Positions 52,951 through 61,914 of a stretch of DNA of 61,914 bases are shown piece after piece (position 1 is the first letter of the stretch; every line of letters begins with the position of its first letter). The position numbers were made by a program, and so were the translations under genes. Source of the stretch: Kiritimatiellia bacterium (GTDB lineage Bacteria > Verrucomicrobiota > Kiritimatiellia > RFP12 > UBA1067); assembly GCA_045599445.1 (NCBI GenBank), contig JAZRWB010000030.1, positions 1 to 61,914 of the forward strand, written 5' to 3'. A model generated the notes under the pieces. The model did no database searches, was not told the DNA's origin, and saw only the letters and a list, made by a program, of their open reading frames with translations.

Positions 52951-55900
52951 TTACCGCGCCTCAATTGTCACCACAATCGACTCCGCATCAAGACGGCGTC
53001 TTACCAATGAAAGATAATCGTCACCACGAATCGCCTTCACATCTTGGAGTATATCGCTCAATTCCTCTACAGCATCGTCAATCGCCTTTACATTGTTATC
53101 TATCTGGGCAATTCTACGTACCGTATAAACTGGAATCGTGCCGTAGTTCTGTATATCATCAGCAACATCCATCGCAAACTTACGAAGCAACACCGAGAGC
53201 GACCCCTTATATTTGTTAAGAACATTAATCGCCAATACCGAATCGCCAATAGTTGACTTGGAAAGCTGCATCCCTTTGGGCTTATATTGTTTCAACGCCT
53301 CATACACCCCTTTGGGCTTACCCTCCTCTTGTGTTGCGTACTTCCAGAATTCTTCGCTAAAATCAACTCTCGGCTCATCCCATGTGCATTTTATATCCTT
53401 AAGCGCATCCTCAAGCGCAAGCTCTTCAATAGTTGCTTGATTTTTCCAATTCACTAGCGCAAAAAAGCCAGGGCCCTGACGTCTGAACATATATGTAGCA
53501 TGCGGGCTTCTTTCCATTGCCGTTTTGACATTGTTCGGAAACTTACCAATACGCTCAAGTATTTCCGGATGATTCTTTTCAAGCAACGCCTTACATTTTA
53601 AATACTCAATCTTGGCGGCAGTATACGCGCCCATTTCTTCATCTTCGCCAAACGATGTAACCTTGGAATACAAACCGGCTGGTGTCGGCTCTTCGTCCAC
53701 AGAGAAGATCTTCGCATCTTCACCAAGAATTTGATGAATCGCAAACATTTTGTTCTCGGCAATAGTCCGGTTTGCCACAATCGTCGATCCCTTAACCGTC
53801 GGGAAGAAATTGAAAATATATAACCTATCAAACACCTTCTTTCCAATTCGGTTGATACGCCCTACACGCTGAATTACTCGCGTTGGATTCCACGGAATAT
53901 CATAATTGATAACCAATCCTGCACGATTCAGGTTAAATCCTTCCGAAAGCTTATCAGTGGTAAGCAAGATGTCGTAGTCGTCATCTTGCGTTTCAAAAGA
54001 CGCATCGAAATTACTCTTTACCGAAAGCGCCATCTCCTTTCCAAAGTTATCGCCGGTAACCACCAGCGCCTTGTTTGGAAACGCTTTTTCCACCCACTTC
54101 CTAATATGCACAATCGTATCTCTAAAAGAAGAGAACACAATAACCTTACGCTTCGGAGAATTTCCCTCTATTGGTATGTCCTTGTGCGAATCCGAAAGCA
54201 CATCCTTTATGACCTTGACTAACCTTGACGCCTTAGGGTCTTTCGCCTCCAATTGCAACTCGTCAATCTCTCCAAGTATCTTATCCATCAATTCGATATC
54301 GGAAACAATATCCTCACGGAAGCCCTTGCCATCAAAATTCTTGTCATTTAGATTGTAGAAAATGGCATTTTTAACCTTGACGCCCTTTTTCACATACATC
54401 TCTTGCTGCTCTTTAATCGCAGAAAACATCTCGACCAGTGCGTCTTCATAATCATCAATATTGAGAATCTTTTCCATCGCCCTCCTACTATAAAGGAAGG
54501 TGCTCATTTTATCGATGAATTTAAGGGAAAGTTCGAGACTGCGCTTTACACTCTTTATGGACATCTTGAACGCGCCAAACGAGCTTTCAAAGCGTTGCAC
54601 CAACTTACTGCGCAACATATGATACAAGTTTTCCTGCGCTTCGTCAGTTCCCTCCTTGTCCTTTAAATATGCCTGCGGATGATAGATGGCGCCATAAAAC
54701 GCTCCTCCTGGCCCAAAATAATCCTTAATGACTTTGTCGTAAAATTTATCTTGTTCTGCCGAAAGCTCAAAGAACTGTTCTTTGGGATCTTGCACTTTCG
54801 CCAATGTCTTTATTTCGGTTTTGTAATCTGGATCGCTCATCAAATCCAAACGATTGCGTCGAATGACAATCTTCTCCATAATTTGGCGAATCTGTTTGGT
54901 CAATTTGCGCGAAGCTTCTGCCGCTCTCTTCTTTGCTTTTTCAACATCCCTACCACAATTGCAAGACAACGGATCAATACCGCATCCCTTTAACAATTTT
55001 CCTATTGCCCCATAATCAAGCTTGGCAATCGCTTTGTTAAGCTTGAGTATGTTTTCGTAGCGTTGCATGAAGAAGCGGAATCGCTCATCCAACTCGCCTC
55101 CGACGACAAATGGGCTTTGCTTGCCGGGAGAGAACAAGTGCAGTAGAGCAAGCAAATCACTTGGACGATTGTTAAACGGCGTAGCCGTTAGAAGCACCAC
55201 TTCCCGGCCAAAGCATATATTTGCCAATAGTCCGTAATCTTCGGTACGCTCGCTTCTGAAGTTATGAGCTTCATCGACAATCACCATGTCGAAATCTGGA
55301 TCCCTTTTAAGCTTCTCGGTTAATTCATCCAGCTTGCCTCGGCTCCACACCTCCCAATCGTGAAGCTTGAACTTATTAAGATATTCATACCATCCGCCAG
55401 CCGCACCGTTCGGTTCTCCCATCAAGCCTGGTGGGCAAACAATCAATCCGCGCTTGGAACGAATCGCTCCCAACAATCCACCTATAATCGACTTGCCCAA
55501 GCCAACGACATCGGCAATAATAACGCCTTTGTAGGCATCGAGCCTCGTCATCGCCTGCGCAACCGCATCAACTTGATACCGATACTTGATAAACCCGGCA
55601 TCGCGCAAAATACGCTCAACTTGCAATTCCTTGAGTTGCGCTCTTTGATACTCAAGGTAATTCTGCAAAACCATGTAGTATGCTTCAAATGGCGTAATTT
55701 CGGCAGCCACCGAGCACTCCATCAAAATCTTAATCAGTCGCTCGCGCGAATCGTCGTCAGCAGTAAGCGGGATTGCCGTCTCCCACAAATCATCAAAATA
55801 CTTTTGCGCTTCTTCTTGGCCAAAATCACCAATCTGCACGTTTAATTCATCACGAAGTGACAATCCTGGTTCGGAGAAATTACTCGATCCAGTTATCCAA

Positions 55901-56355
55901 TACTTCTTGTTGCCAACCTGACTCTCGTCCATCCCGAAGATATAGAGTTTGGCATGATTGGGATTGCGGGTTTTGCGGATATCCAGCCGCTTGCTCTTAA
56001 GCAAATCGACGAATATCTTAACTCGCTCGTGAAACGCTTGATTATCTACCGCCGGAGAACCCATAATTTTCTTCATCGACTCGTAAAAGCGCTCTTGCAC
56101 CGCCTCTTGCGAATCGCTACCGCCTTTTGCAATTATCTCAACCAATTGCCCGACGGCAAACTCCGCATCCATTCCAACAAGCACCCGCATCTTTAAGTTA
56201 GGACGGTCTCGCAAAGCCTCAGCTAAAACCTTAACGCCGGAGAAATAGAAAAACCCGACAAGCATATCCAACTGGTCGGCATGTGAAATCAGCTCCGTCA
56301 GCCGCTTCGCTAGCGTTGTTGAACCTTCCTTATTCTGATTGGTTATAAATGCCAT
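52951..56355 (-). CDS. PLD (HKD) nuclease-SNF2-like helicase fusion
   Basis: LVGFFYFSG, HAKLYIF...GSSNFS..GL...ELN (PLD); IIADVVGLGKS, VDEAHNFR, LLTATPFNN, RRNR, KVIVFS, LSEGFNL, NYDIPWNPTR.IQR.GRINRIG. Confidence 0.9.
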   Translation of the reverse strand: MAFITNQNKEGSTTLAKRLTELISHADQLDMLVGFFYFSGVKVLAEALRDRPNLKMRVLVGMDAEFAVGQLVEIIAKGGSDSQEAVQERFYESMKKIMGSPAVDNQAFHERVKIFVDLLKSKRLDIRKTRNPNHAKLYIFGMDESQVGNKKYWITGSSNFSEPGLSLRDELNVQIGDFGQEEAQKYFDDLWETAIPLTADDDSRERLIKILMECSVAAEITPFEAYYMVLQNYLEYQRAQLKELQVERILRDAGFIKYRYQVDAVAQAMTRLDAYKGVIIADVVGLGKSIIGGLLGAIRSKRGLIVCPPGLMGEPNGAAGGWYEYLNKFKLHDWEVWSRGKLDELTEKLKRDPDFDMVIVDEAHNFRSERTEDYGLLANICFGREVVLLTATPFNNRPSDLLALLHLFSPGKQSPFVVGGELDERFRFFMQRYENILKLNKAIAKLDYGAIGKLLKGCGIDPLSCNCGRDVEKAKKRAAEASRKLTKQIRQIMEKIVIRRNRLDLMSDPDYKTEIKTLAKVQDPKEQFFELSAEQDKFYDKVIKDYFGPGGAFYGAIYHPQAYLKDKEGTDEAQENLYHMLRSKLVQRFESSFGAFKMSIKSVKRSLELSLKFIDKMSTFLYSRRAMEKILNIDDYEDALVEMFSAIKEQQEMYVKKGVKVKNAIFYNLNDKNFDGKGFREDIVSDIELMDKILGEIDELQLEAKDPKASRLVKVIKDVLSDSHKDIPIEGNSPKRKVIVFSSFRDTIVHIRKWVEKAFPNKALVVTGDNFGKEMALSVKSNFDASFETQDDDYDILLTTDKLSEGFNLNRAGLVINYDIPWNPTRVIQRVGRINRIGKKVFDRLYIFNFFPTVKGSTIVANRTIAENKMFAIHQILGEDAKIFSVDEEPTPAGLYSKVTSFGEDEEMGAYTAAKIEYLKCKALLEKNHPEILERIGKFPNNVKTAMERSPHATYMFRRQGPGFFALVNWKNQATIEELALEDALKDIKCTWDEPRVDFSEEFWKYATQEEGKPKGVYEALKQYKPKGMQLSKSTIGDSVLAINVLNKYKGSLSVLLRKFAMDVADDIQNYGTIPVYTVRRIAQIDNNVKAIDDAVEELSDILQDVKAIRGDDYLSLVRRRLDAESIVVTIEAR

Positions 56356-56477
56356 AGTTTTATCTCCAGCAAATGACAGGCAAATAGAAAACCGCTTAAT
56401 TTATCCATATATTCGAATATTATACGCAATTATTGCATTTTCCCTGTAATCTCAGCAAATGGCGGGCAAATTAATCA

Positions 56478-57929
56478 TTATCCCCAATAAGGTATGTATT
56501 TCATGTATCGATTGCCCGCATCCTTGTCTAAAGGTTTAATTACATTTTGGGTAAGCGCTTCAGAAATAACACGCGAAACGCTCGCCGAAGAAGAAGGAGG
56601 CACCCCCAATCTCGTCCGAAACGACAAGTTCGTAAGATGTTCGCCAAGAATAAATTTTACACAAGCATGATAATAACACGCACGCACGCGATCTTCCATT
56701 GACCAATTCGCATAGGGTCGGTAGGCATACAGCAATACACGCGTTCCGGTCTCATAAACCTGCATTCTTGGTGGCGGCAAATTTTTCAACTCGCACCCAA
56801 CCACAATCTTATCCCATCCCGTCCCTAATTCTTCGCAAATCTTAAACTGCCGCATCAACGAAGCCAAATGCTCATTTCGCGATTTTGGCGTCGTGTCAAT
56901 AATCCGGTCAACATTTACAAGTGGAGCCCCTGGATTCGAAAACTCCAACCTGTCGGGAAAAATTTCCAAGAAAGGCGCGGCACCAACTTCCGTGAAATCC
57001 TGATGGATGAGCGCATTCGCCAAGGACTCACGAATCGGGATTTCAGGATAAGCAGATACCGGTGTTCGGACTCCATTCACAATCGGTTCGCTTCCTGGCG
57101 TCAAAGCCCCAATCAGTTTGATTGCATCTTCAAAGACATTCGCGTACCCACCGTCAAAATCATAGGACTTGGCGATCTCCAGCCGCATACGATCATTGTA
57201 TTTCACAATGCGAAGCGCCTTACGTCCAACGCCTTTAAAATCCGATAATCGTTTCGCAAATGTAATAGCACCAAGATTGGTAATAGAAAACAATCCGTTG
57301 TCCTGCTTCCTCACCAATTCATCGTCAATAAGATAGTGGAGAACTCCTTCGCGATCGGAAGGATAAGGTTGCTTTTTAAGATCAAAGTACTTTGCTGTAT
57401 CTAGCAACCCTACCACTTCATCCGTATTACAATCAAATTTTGCCACTCGAGCTTCATAATTCCCATCTCGCAGTTTACTCCACAAGCGACTGCTTAGTTC
57501 CCTAAATTCCTCAAGCTTTCTGGTAATGGAACCGATACGAATGTAATCAGTATGATGAAACGAGACTGGAAATCCCACAGCTGGCGTAATCATCACAATA
57601 CCAACTTTATGACCGTCAATCATCACCGACTCATAGCTGAAATCACCATTTCGTGAAAGCCGCTGCCGCAACCAGGCCTCCATTTCCTGCCCATTGTCCA
57701 CCTTGACCGTGGGAAAATCCTCCGTCACGCCCACAATTTCATGCGTTGCATCATCAATGCCCCAAATCAAATAGGATACCCGACGATCTTCCAACGCCGC
57801 AGCATTAGCCAAGCCGCTAATTCTCTCGCCCACCATTTCCCCGTCAAAATAATTTCGCTTAAACTCAACCCACGACGTTTCCTTCGGGAGGCGGACCAAT
57901 GACCGGATTAACTGTTCTAAATCTTCCAT
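56478..57929 (-). CDS. AlbA_2 (Schlafen-like) domain + HATPase_c_4 + HTH protein
   Basis: E..WVEFK, IS.LAN.A, LIWGIDD, YIR.GS; RE...NALIHQDF, DRLEFSNPG, SRN..LA..MR...ICEE.GTGWDK. Confidence 0.85.
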   Translation of the reverse strand: MEDLEQLIRSLVRLPKETSWVEFKRNYFDGEMVGERISGLANAAALEDRRVSYLIWGIDDATHEIVGVTEDFPTVKVDNGQEMEAWLRQRLSRNGDFSYESVMIDGHKVGIVMITPAVGFPVSFHHTDYIRIGSITRKLEEFRELSSRLWSKLRDGNYEARVAKFDCNTDEVVGLLDTAKYFDLKKQPYPSDREGVLHYLIDDELVRKQDNGLFSITNLGAITFAKRLSDFKGVGRKALRIVKYNDRMRLEIAKSYDFDGGYANVFEDAIKLIGALTPGSEPIVNGVRTPVSAYPEIPIRESLANALIHQDFTEVGAAPFLEIFPDRLEFSNPGAPLVNVDRIIDTTPKSRNEHLASLMRQFKICEELGTGWDKIVVGCELKNLPPPRMQVYETGTRVLLYAYRPYANWSMEDRVRACYYHACVKFILGEHLTNLSFRTRLGVPPSSSASVSRVISEALTQNVIKPLDKDAGNRYMKYIPYWG

Positions 57930-57947
57930 GCTTCAACCTCGCTTTAG

Positions 57948-57956
57948 ATTATATCA
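57948..57956 (-). promoter_or_regulatory. Extended -10 element (TGATATAAT) for the AlbA_2 gene
   Basis: 18 nt before the ATG at 57929, with GAGG RBS in between. Confidence 0.55.
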
Positions 57957-57971
57957 ATTTTTGCGGTCGCA

Positions 57972-60900
57972 TTACTCCAACTCCTCGTCATCTTCATCGG
58001 CCACAACTGCCGCAGCGGGGGCGCGGCGGGGACGCTCGGACTTCGGCGCGGTCGGCTTTTTCTCTTCCGCACCTTCCACCACCGCAATCTCTTCCTCCGT
58101 CAATCCATAGAGCTTGTAAACAAGCTGGTCTATGCGGGTTTCCAAAGACGAAGTGTCCGCTTCGCGGTTCTTTGCCTTGGAAGCAAGTATCTGGTCCACC
58201 AACTTGATAAATTGGAGCCGCTCCGCAGTCGATGTCTCGGGCAACGGCAAAGAAAGAAAGTCAGTCATGGTGACTTGCGGGAAGTCATCTTTAACAGAAC
58301 CAGAGACCCGTGAGGCGTACAAATGTGAATACAAACGGCTGTTTGCAATCGCAAGCAGAAACTTCAATTCCACATCATGTTTTTGGCGCAAAATATAAAG
58401 ATTCTTATTAGTCACAAATGCTTCATCCGTATAGCCCGTCATCAACCTATGCGCCCGACTCATCAACCGCCGAAGAAGAAGCCGTTCGCCTTCGTACCAC
58501 ACTTTCTCTTTAGGCCCCTCTTTAAATCCAACGCCAAATTTTATCCACTTCTTTTCCACCGACACTTCATACCGATAAACATCTCCGCTAAAATATGGAT
58601 AATTCACCGCTTGCGTTCTTTTATCTCCTATCAAATCCTTTGGCAACAAAACTCCACGCTTCGCCTCTACACAGGCACCGATAGTTCCTTTTATGCGCGA
58701 TAGACTACGCTCCAATCCAATCTGTTCTTTCGACAAAATGAACTTCTTGTCCACAACATCGTGCCACAGTTTTTGCTCTATGAGATCGCAAATCACGCCC
58801 TGCGCTTTGAATTTTTCCTTACATCCGAAACGCCGCGTCTTCACGTACGATAATCCCTCTGGATTTGCATTTTGGATACCAAATATTCCCGTATCAACAT
58901 AGGCACTTTGAAACATATCAAACGGAAGCTCAATCAAATTCAGCATCCGATATTTCAAACATTCATCGCGAAACGATTTATACGCTGGACCACCATGCCA
59001 CGACGAAGGTATGATGTACTGCATTACACCTTCCTTCTTTAATACCGAAAACGCATACAATCCAAACGCAACAAATGCATCTTTTGTATCACCAAACACA
59101 GGGAACTTTTCTTTGATGTGCTCGTTGCTCTCTTTCGTGAAAATCTTCCCATATGGCGGATTACCGATAACGACATCGAAGCCATCTTTAATATTAAACA
59201 TCCATTCGGGGTCGAAGAACTTCGAAGACGCATTCTGGTCATATGGATCCCAGCCAGCAACCATATCTGCATAGCGGGTCGCCGCAGAAACATTAGAACG
59301 GTCGGCCTTGGCCTGCTCCTTCTTGATTGTCTCCTCCGCCCAGGAGATTTCCGCGTCGATCTTGTCTCGCGCCGGAGCATTGCGATCCTTGCGGACTTTC
59401 TTCTTTTCAAATGTCGAGAAGAGGTCCGCCTGAACCGCAACTTCCTCCTCCACCCAATCTGGCTCGGCAACCTTTACGCGGCGCTTTTGGGCGTCCGCAA
59501 TCTGCTCTCGACATTTTTCAATTACATCTTCATTCGGCTTGGAAAGCGAATCTTTGACTGTCCTTCTAATCGCATCCCTAATTTCCGCATCCTTATTCTT
59601 GTACTTCTCCTTAGTTTGTGTTGAGCGAGCGCGAAATATCTTATGCCGATTGGCCTGAAGCTCTTCGCGCAATTCGGCTATATTACCTACCGATGCGTCC
59701 AATGCTCCAACCTCTGGAAGCGAAATGAGCGTATTCGCACACACGAATTTCGCCTCAAGGTTCGGAAGCGAGAGCAAGCCGAAGTTTTCCGCCTCAGGAT
59801 CGTAACTCGTGCGTAGCTGGTCGCAAAGTAGTGAAATAAAGAACCGCAACTTGGAGATTTGAGTCGCAATCGGCTGAATATCTACACCATAAATGCAATT
59901 CTCAATCAGATAAAGCTTTCGTTCATAATCCGGATAATGCTGCCCCTCTTTAAGCCGACTCTCCAACTCGGCAATTCGCTCTTCTCGCTCCGCCGTAGAT
60001 TCAGTTGGATCAATCAATGCCTTATCCGCTTTATACCTCGCTAACAATTGCTCGCGCATTGAAATGCATTGTGGATCAAGGCGCGACAATAACCGAACCA
60101 TGCAATGCAAAACTCCCATTGGAAACGCCCCCGAGCCACATGCTGGATCGAGAATCTTGCAATCGTAAAGCGCACCCAATAACTGCGCCTTTTCCTTACT
60201 TGAAAAATGCGTATCCGCGCCTTCTGCCGCCTTGGTGCGATCAAAAAGATCTTCCAAACGCTTATCATCCGCTGAGAGAACTTTGGTCTTCAAATAATTC
60301 TTAAGCGATTCATCGACCATATAGTCAACGATTTCTCGCGGAGTATAAAAGCTACCGGTTGCATTCCGTGCAGTCTCTTGGGTTTCGGGATTGTACGCTC
60401 CTAAGAGGTTCTCGAACACCTTACCCAACAATTCTGGATCGAGCGCAACATCCGAATCGTCTGCATTGTTTTCGTTAATCGTAAATTCGTACCGATTAAA
60501 CAAATTGACTATTCCGCTCTCCCCGAAGAAAAGCCCATTGGGCACAAATGCTTGACGCTTCTTAACGCTTGAAAACCCATCAAAGTAAAGTTTTCTGCCT
60601 CCGTCCTCCTCGCGCTCTACCTTGTCAAGGCAATCAAATAGCGCACAGTTCAAAAACGGCACCCTCTTCATCATCTCCAAGAACGCGCTTGGGTCTTTGA
60701 ACTGATCTTTGTACCGATAAACCGTGGATATGCTATAGTCATGCGATAGACCTATTGCCTTACCGCTTTCGTCCGCGCTGATATCAATCCACCTTCGAGT
60801 CAACTTTCCTTTCCCGATCTGCGGACAATTGAAAGTAGCAAAAAATAGATTCTGAAGGATACACCGATAGTATGTACCTTGTTCCATCGAATCCGGCTCG

Positions 60901-61736
60901 AACTTCTTTAAAATCTCGCCAACTTTCTTGCAATCAAATAGCTCATCTGGAACCAACTTGCGCTGACGAATGAACCAAGTAAACATGAGGCGCGTAATCA
61001 TACGAATAATCGCCTCATTGTTATATTTACGGTCGTCGGTTTTGTCCTCCAGATTATTCGGAAAGTGCACATTCGCTTCCGCCGACATCGCCCATGTGTA
61101 CCAATTAAACAGACTTTGATAAAATTCCTTGGTAAGTTGCTCAACCGAAAACACATCCTTAAGCTCGGCAAATGTACGAACTGGCGAAGCAAATCGACGC
61201 TTTACGATATTATTGGCGGCGGTTGGCTCAATATAAAAACTCTGACGTTTGGCATCGTTAAACTTGAACTTACGCTTCTCGACTCCACCAGACACTAATG
61301 ACAGCCTAAAATATCCGTCTTTATCATAAAAGAAAAAAAGCCCTTGCGATGGCAATCCGGAAAATCCTTTTGCGTCTTTGGCAACCGCATTTTGCAATAT
61401 CTTCTTGGCAAAATTAAACTGAACGAGTCTACTGGTACGTTCGGTCAAATCTCGCTTCATTTTGATAGCAACCGCCAAAAGCGGTTTATTGCTATCATCA
61501 GACTTATCAAGGGAAAGGCGCGTAACACATCCAACTATCTCTGCAGAAGCAAAATATTCCTGTTCATTCTTGTTACCGTTACATGGAATATCTTCTGCGC
61601 TTGCCGTATCAAAAGAGGAAAACTTTACACGTAGCCATTCCTTCGCACGGTTAACCGAAAACCGCGTGATCATATCAATCAGCAGTTTCTCGGATCCGTC
61701 AGATTCTGTCTTTTCTATTGCCCCTTTTTTCAACAT
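57972..61736 (-). CDS. Type IIG-like (Eco57I/TaqI-C) N6-adenine DNA methyltransferase with fused specificity domain
   Basis: FSVE.LTKEFY, PFLN..LF, DPELLGKVFENLL, GSFYTPREIV, ILDPACGSGAF, IYGVDIQ, FDVVIGNPPY, TaqI-C-like tail (LLAI.NS, ID.LVY.LYGLT.EEI). Confidence 0.92.
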   Translation of the reverse strand: MLKKGAIEKTESDGSEKLLIDMITRFSVNRAKEWLRVKFSSFDTASAEDIPCNGNKNEQEYFASAEIVGCVTRLSLDKSDDSNKPLLAVAIKMKRDLTERTSRLVQFNFAKKILQNAVAKDAKGFSGLPSQGLFFFYDKDGYFRLSLVSGGVEKRKFKFNDAKRQSFYIEPTAANNIVKRRFASPVRTFAELKDVFSVEQLTKEFYQSLFNWYTWAMSAEANVHFPNNLEDKTDDRKYNNEAIIRMITRLMFTWFIRQRKLVPDELFDCKKVGEILKKFEPDSMEQGTYYRCILQNLFFATFNCPQIGKGKLTRRWIDISADESGKAIGLSHDYSISTVYRYKDQFKDPSAFLEMMKRVPFLNCALFDCLDKVEREEDGGRKLYFDGFSSVKKRQAFVPNGLFFGESGIVNLFNRYEFTINENNADDSDVALDPELLGKVFENLLGAYNPETQETARNATGSFYTPREIVDYMVDESLKNYLKTKVLSADDKRLEDLFDRTKAAEGADTHFSSKEKAQLLGALYDCKILDPACGSGAFPMGVLHCMVRLLSRLDPQCISMREQLLARYKADKALIDPTESTAEREERIAELESRLKEGQHYPDYERKLYLIENCIYGVDIQPIATQISKLRFFISLLCDQLRTSYDPEAENFGLLSLPNLEAKFVCANTLISLPEVGALDASVGNIAELREELQANRHKIFRARSTQTKEKYKNKDAEIRDAIRRTVKDSLSKPNEDVIEKCREQIADAQKRRVKVAEPDWVEEEVAVQADLFSTFEKKKVRKDRNAPARDKIDAEISWAEETIKKEQAKADRSNVSAATRYADMVAGWDPYDQNASSKFFDPEWMFNIKDGFDVVIGNPPYGKIFTKESNEHIKEKFPVFGDTKDAFVAFGLYAFSVLKKEGVMQYIIPSSWHGGPAYKSFRDECLKYRMLNLIELPFDMFQSAYVDTGIFGIQNANPEGLSYVKTRRFGCKEKFKAQGVICDLIEQKLWHDVVDKKFILSKEQIGLERSLSRIKGTIGACVEAKRGVLLPKDLIGDKRTQAVNYPYFSGDVYRYEVSVEKKWIKFGVGFKEGPKEKVWYEGERLLLRRLMSRAHRLMTGYTDEAFVTNKNLYILRQKHDVELKFLLAIANSRLYSHLYASRVSGSVKDDFPQVTMTDFLSLPLPETSTAERLQFIKLVDQILASKAKNREADTSSLETRIDQLVYKLYGLTEEEIAVVEGAEEKKPTAPKSERPRRAPAAAVVADEDDEELE

Positions 61737-61890
61737 TAACAACCTTCAAGCGTATGTTTTGACGTTTGGCCTTAAATGAATGCGGTCAAGGGTGGGCTTT
61801 TCGCGGGACTTTTGCGAACCCGTAGGATCGACTCCCATCTACTTCGCCAGTTCTATGGCCTATGTGGCTCCCCTCGCGGAGAACGCATGT

Positions 61891-61899
61891 ATTATACCA
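61891..61899 (-). promoter_or_regulatory. Extended -10 element (TGGTATAAT) upstream of the Type IIG MTase
   Basis: Same motif as elsewhere in the window; it would give a leader of about 150 nt. Confidence 0.5.
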
Positions 61900-61914
61900 A
61901 AAAATCAGCCATCG

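Larger units (their letters stand above)
52467..61850. mobile_element. Defence island (right); boundaries approximate
   Basis: Visibly AT-richer than the core, with R-M-like content. No integrase seen in the window. Confidence 0.5.

Noticed and set aside
52951-61736. Calling the right island DISARM or BREX
   Set aside because: No drmA/drmB (DUF1998) or separate drmC, and no pglZ/brxC in the window.

Overview
A 61.9-kb bacterial chromosome segment in which every credible gene lies on the minus strand. Gene content (DapL, GlnS, a PVC-type IRE-like protein, a Verrucomicrobia-type class II aldolase) suggests a PVC-superphylum anaerobe such as Kiritimatiellia; this is inference. A GC-rich housekeeping core (about 11.5-51.2 kb) carries fucO, an aldolase, a sugar kinase, polA, luxS, dnaE, dapL, ispG, rseP, dxr, tRNA-Arg(CCT), smc, asd, a ketosynthase, glnS, a GH2 enzyme, an amidase, nadA, fusA, rnc, an aro cluster, hisFH and crcB. 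Two visibly more AT-rich defence islands flank it. The left island (about 0.7-11.3 kb) holds a C5-MTase/REase/small ORF/ASCH-JAB cassette that appears to have replaced the body of an older Eco57I-type R-M gene, whose two ends survive as remnants. It also holds a HARE-HTH/GIY-YIG/DUF4268 nuclease and a tightly coupled GHKL-ATPase-nuclease + UvrD helicase + DarT1 + NADAR operon, which is the best candidate for an undescribed system. The right island (about 51.2-61.9 kb) holds an AbiE-like TA pair, a hairpin-rich intergenic element, a membrane protein, a PLD-SNF2 helicase, an AlbA_2/Schlafen ATPase and a Type IIG-like N6-MTase. Other notable signals are a 7-copy palindrome array with exact 22-bp period over the promoter of an HU-like gene, an SMC that seems to lack most of its hinge, and repeated TGnTATAAT promoters placed for leaderless translation. 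No integrase, transposase or CRISPR array was seen. All calls come from reading motifs by eye; no searches were run.
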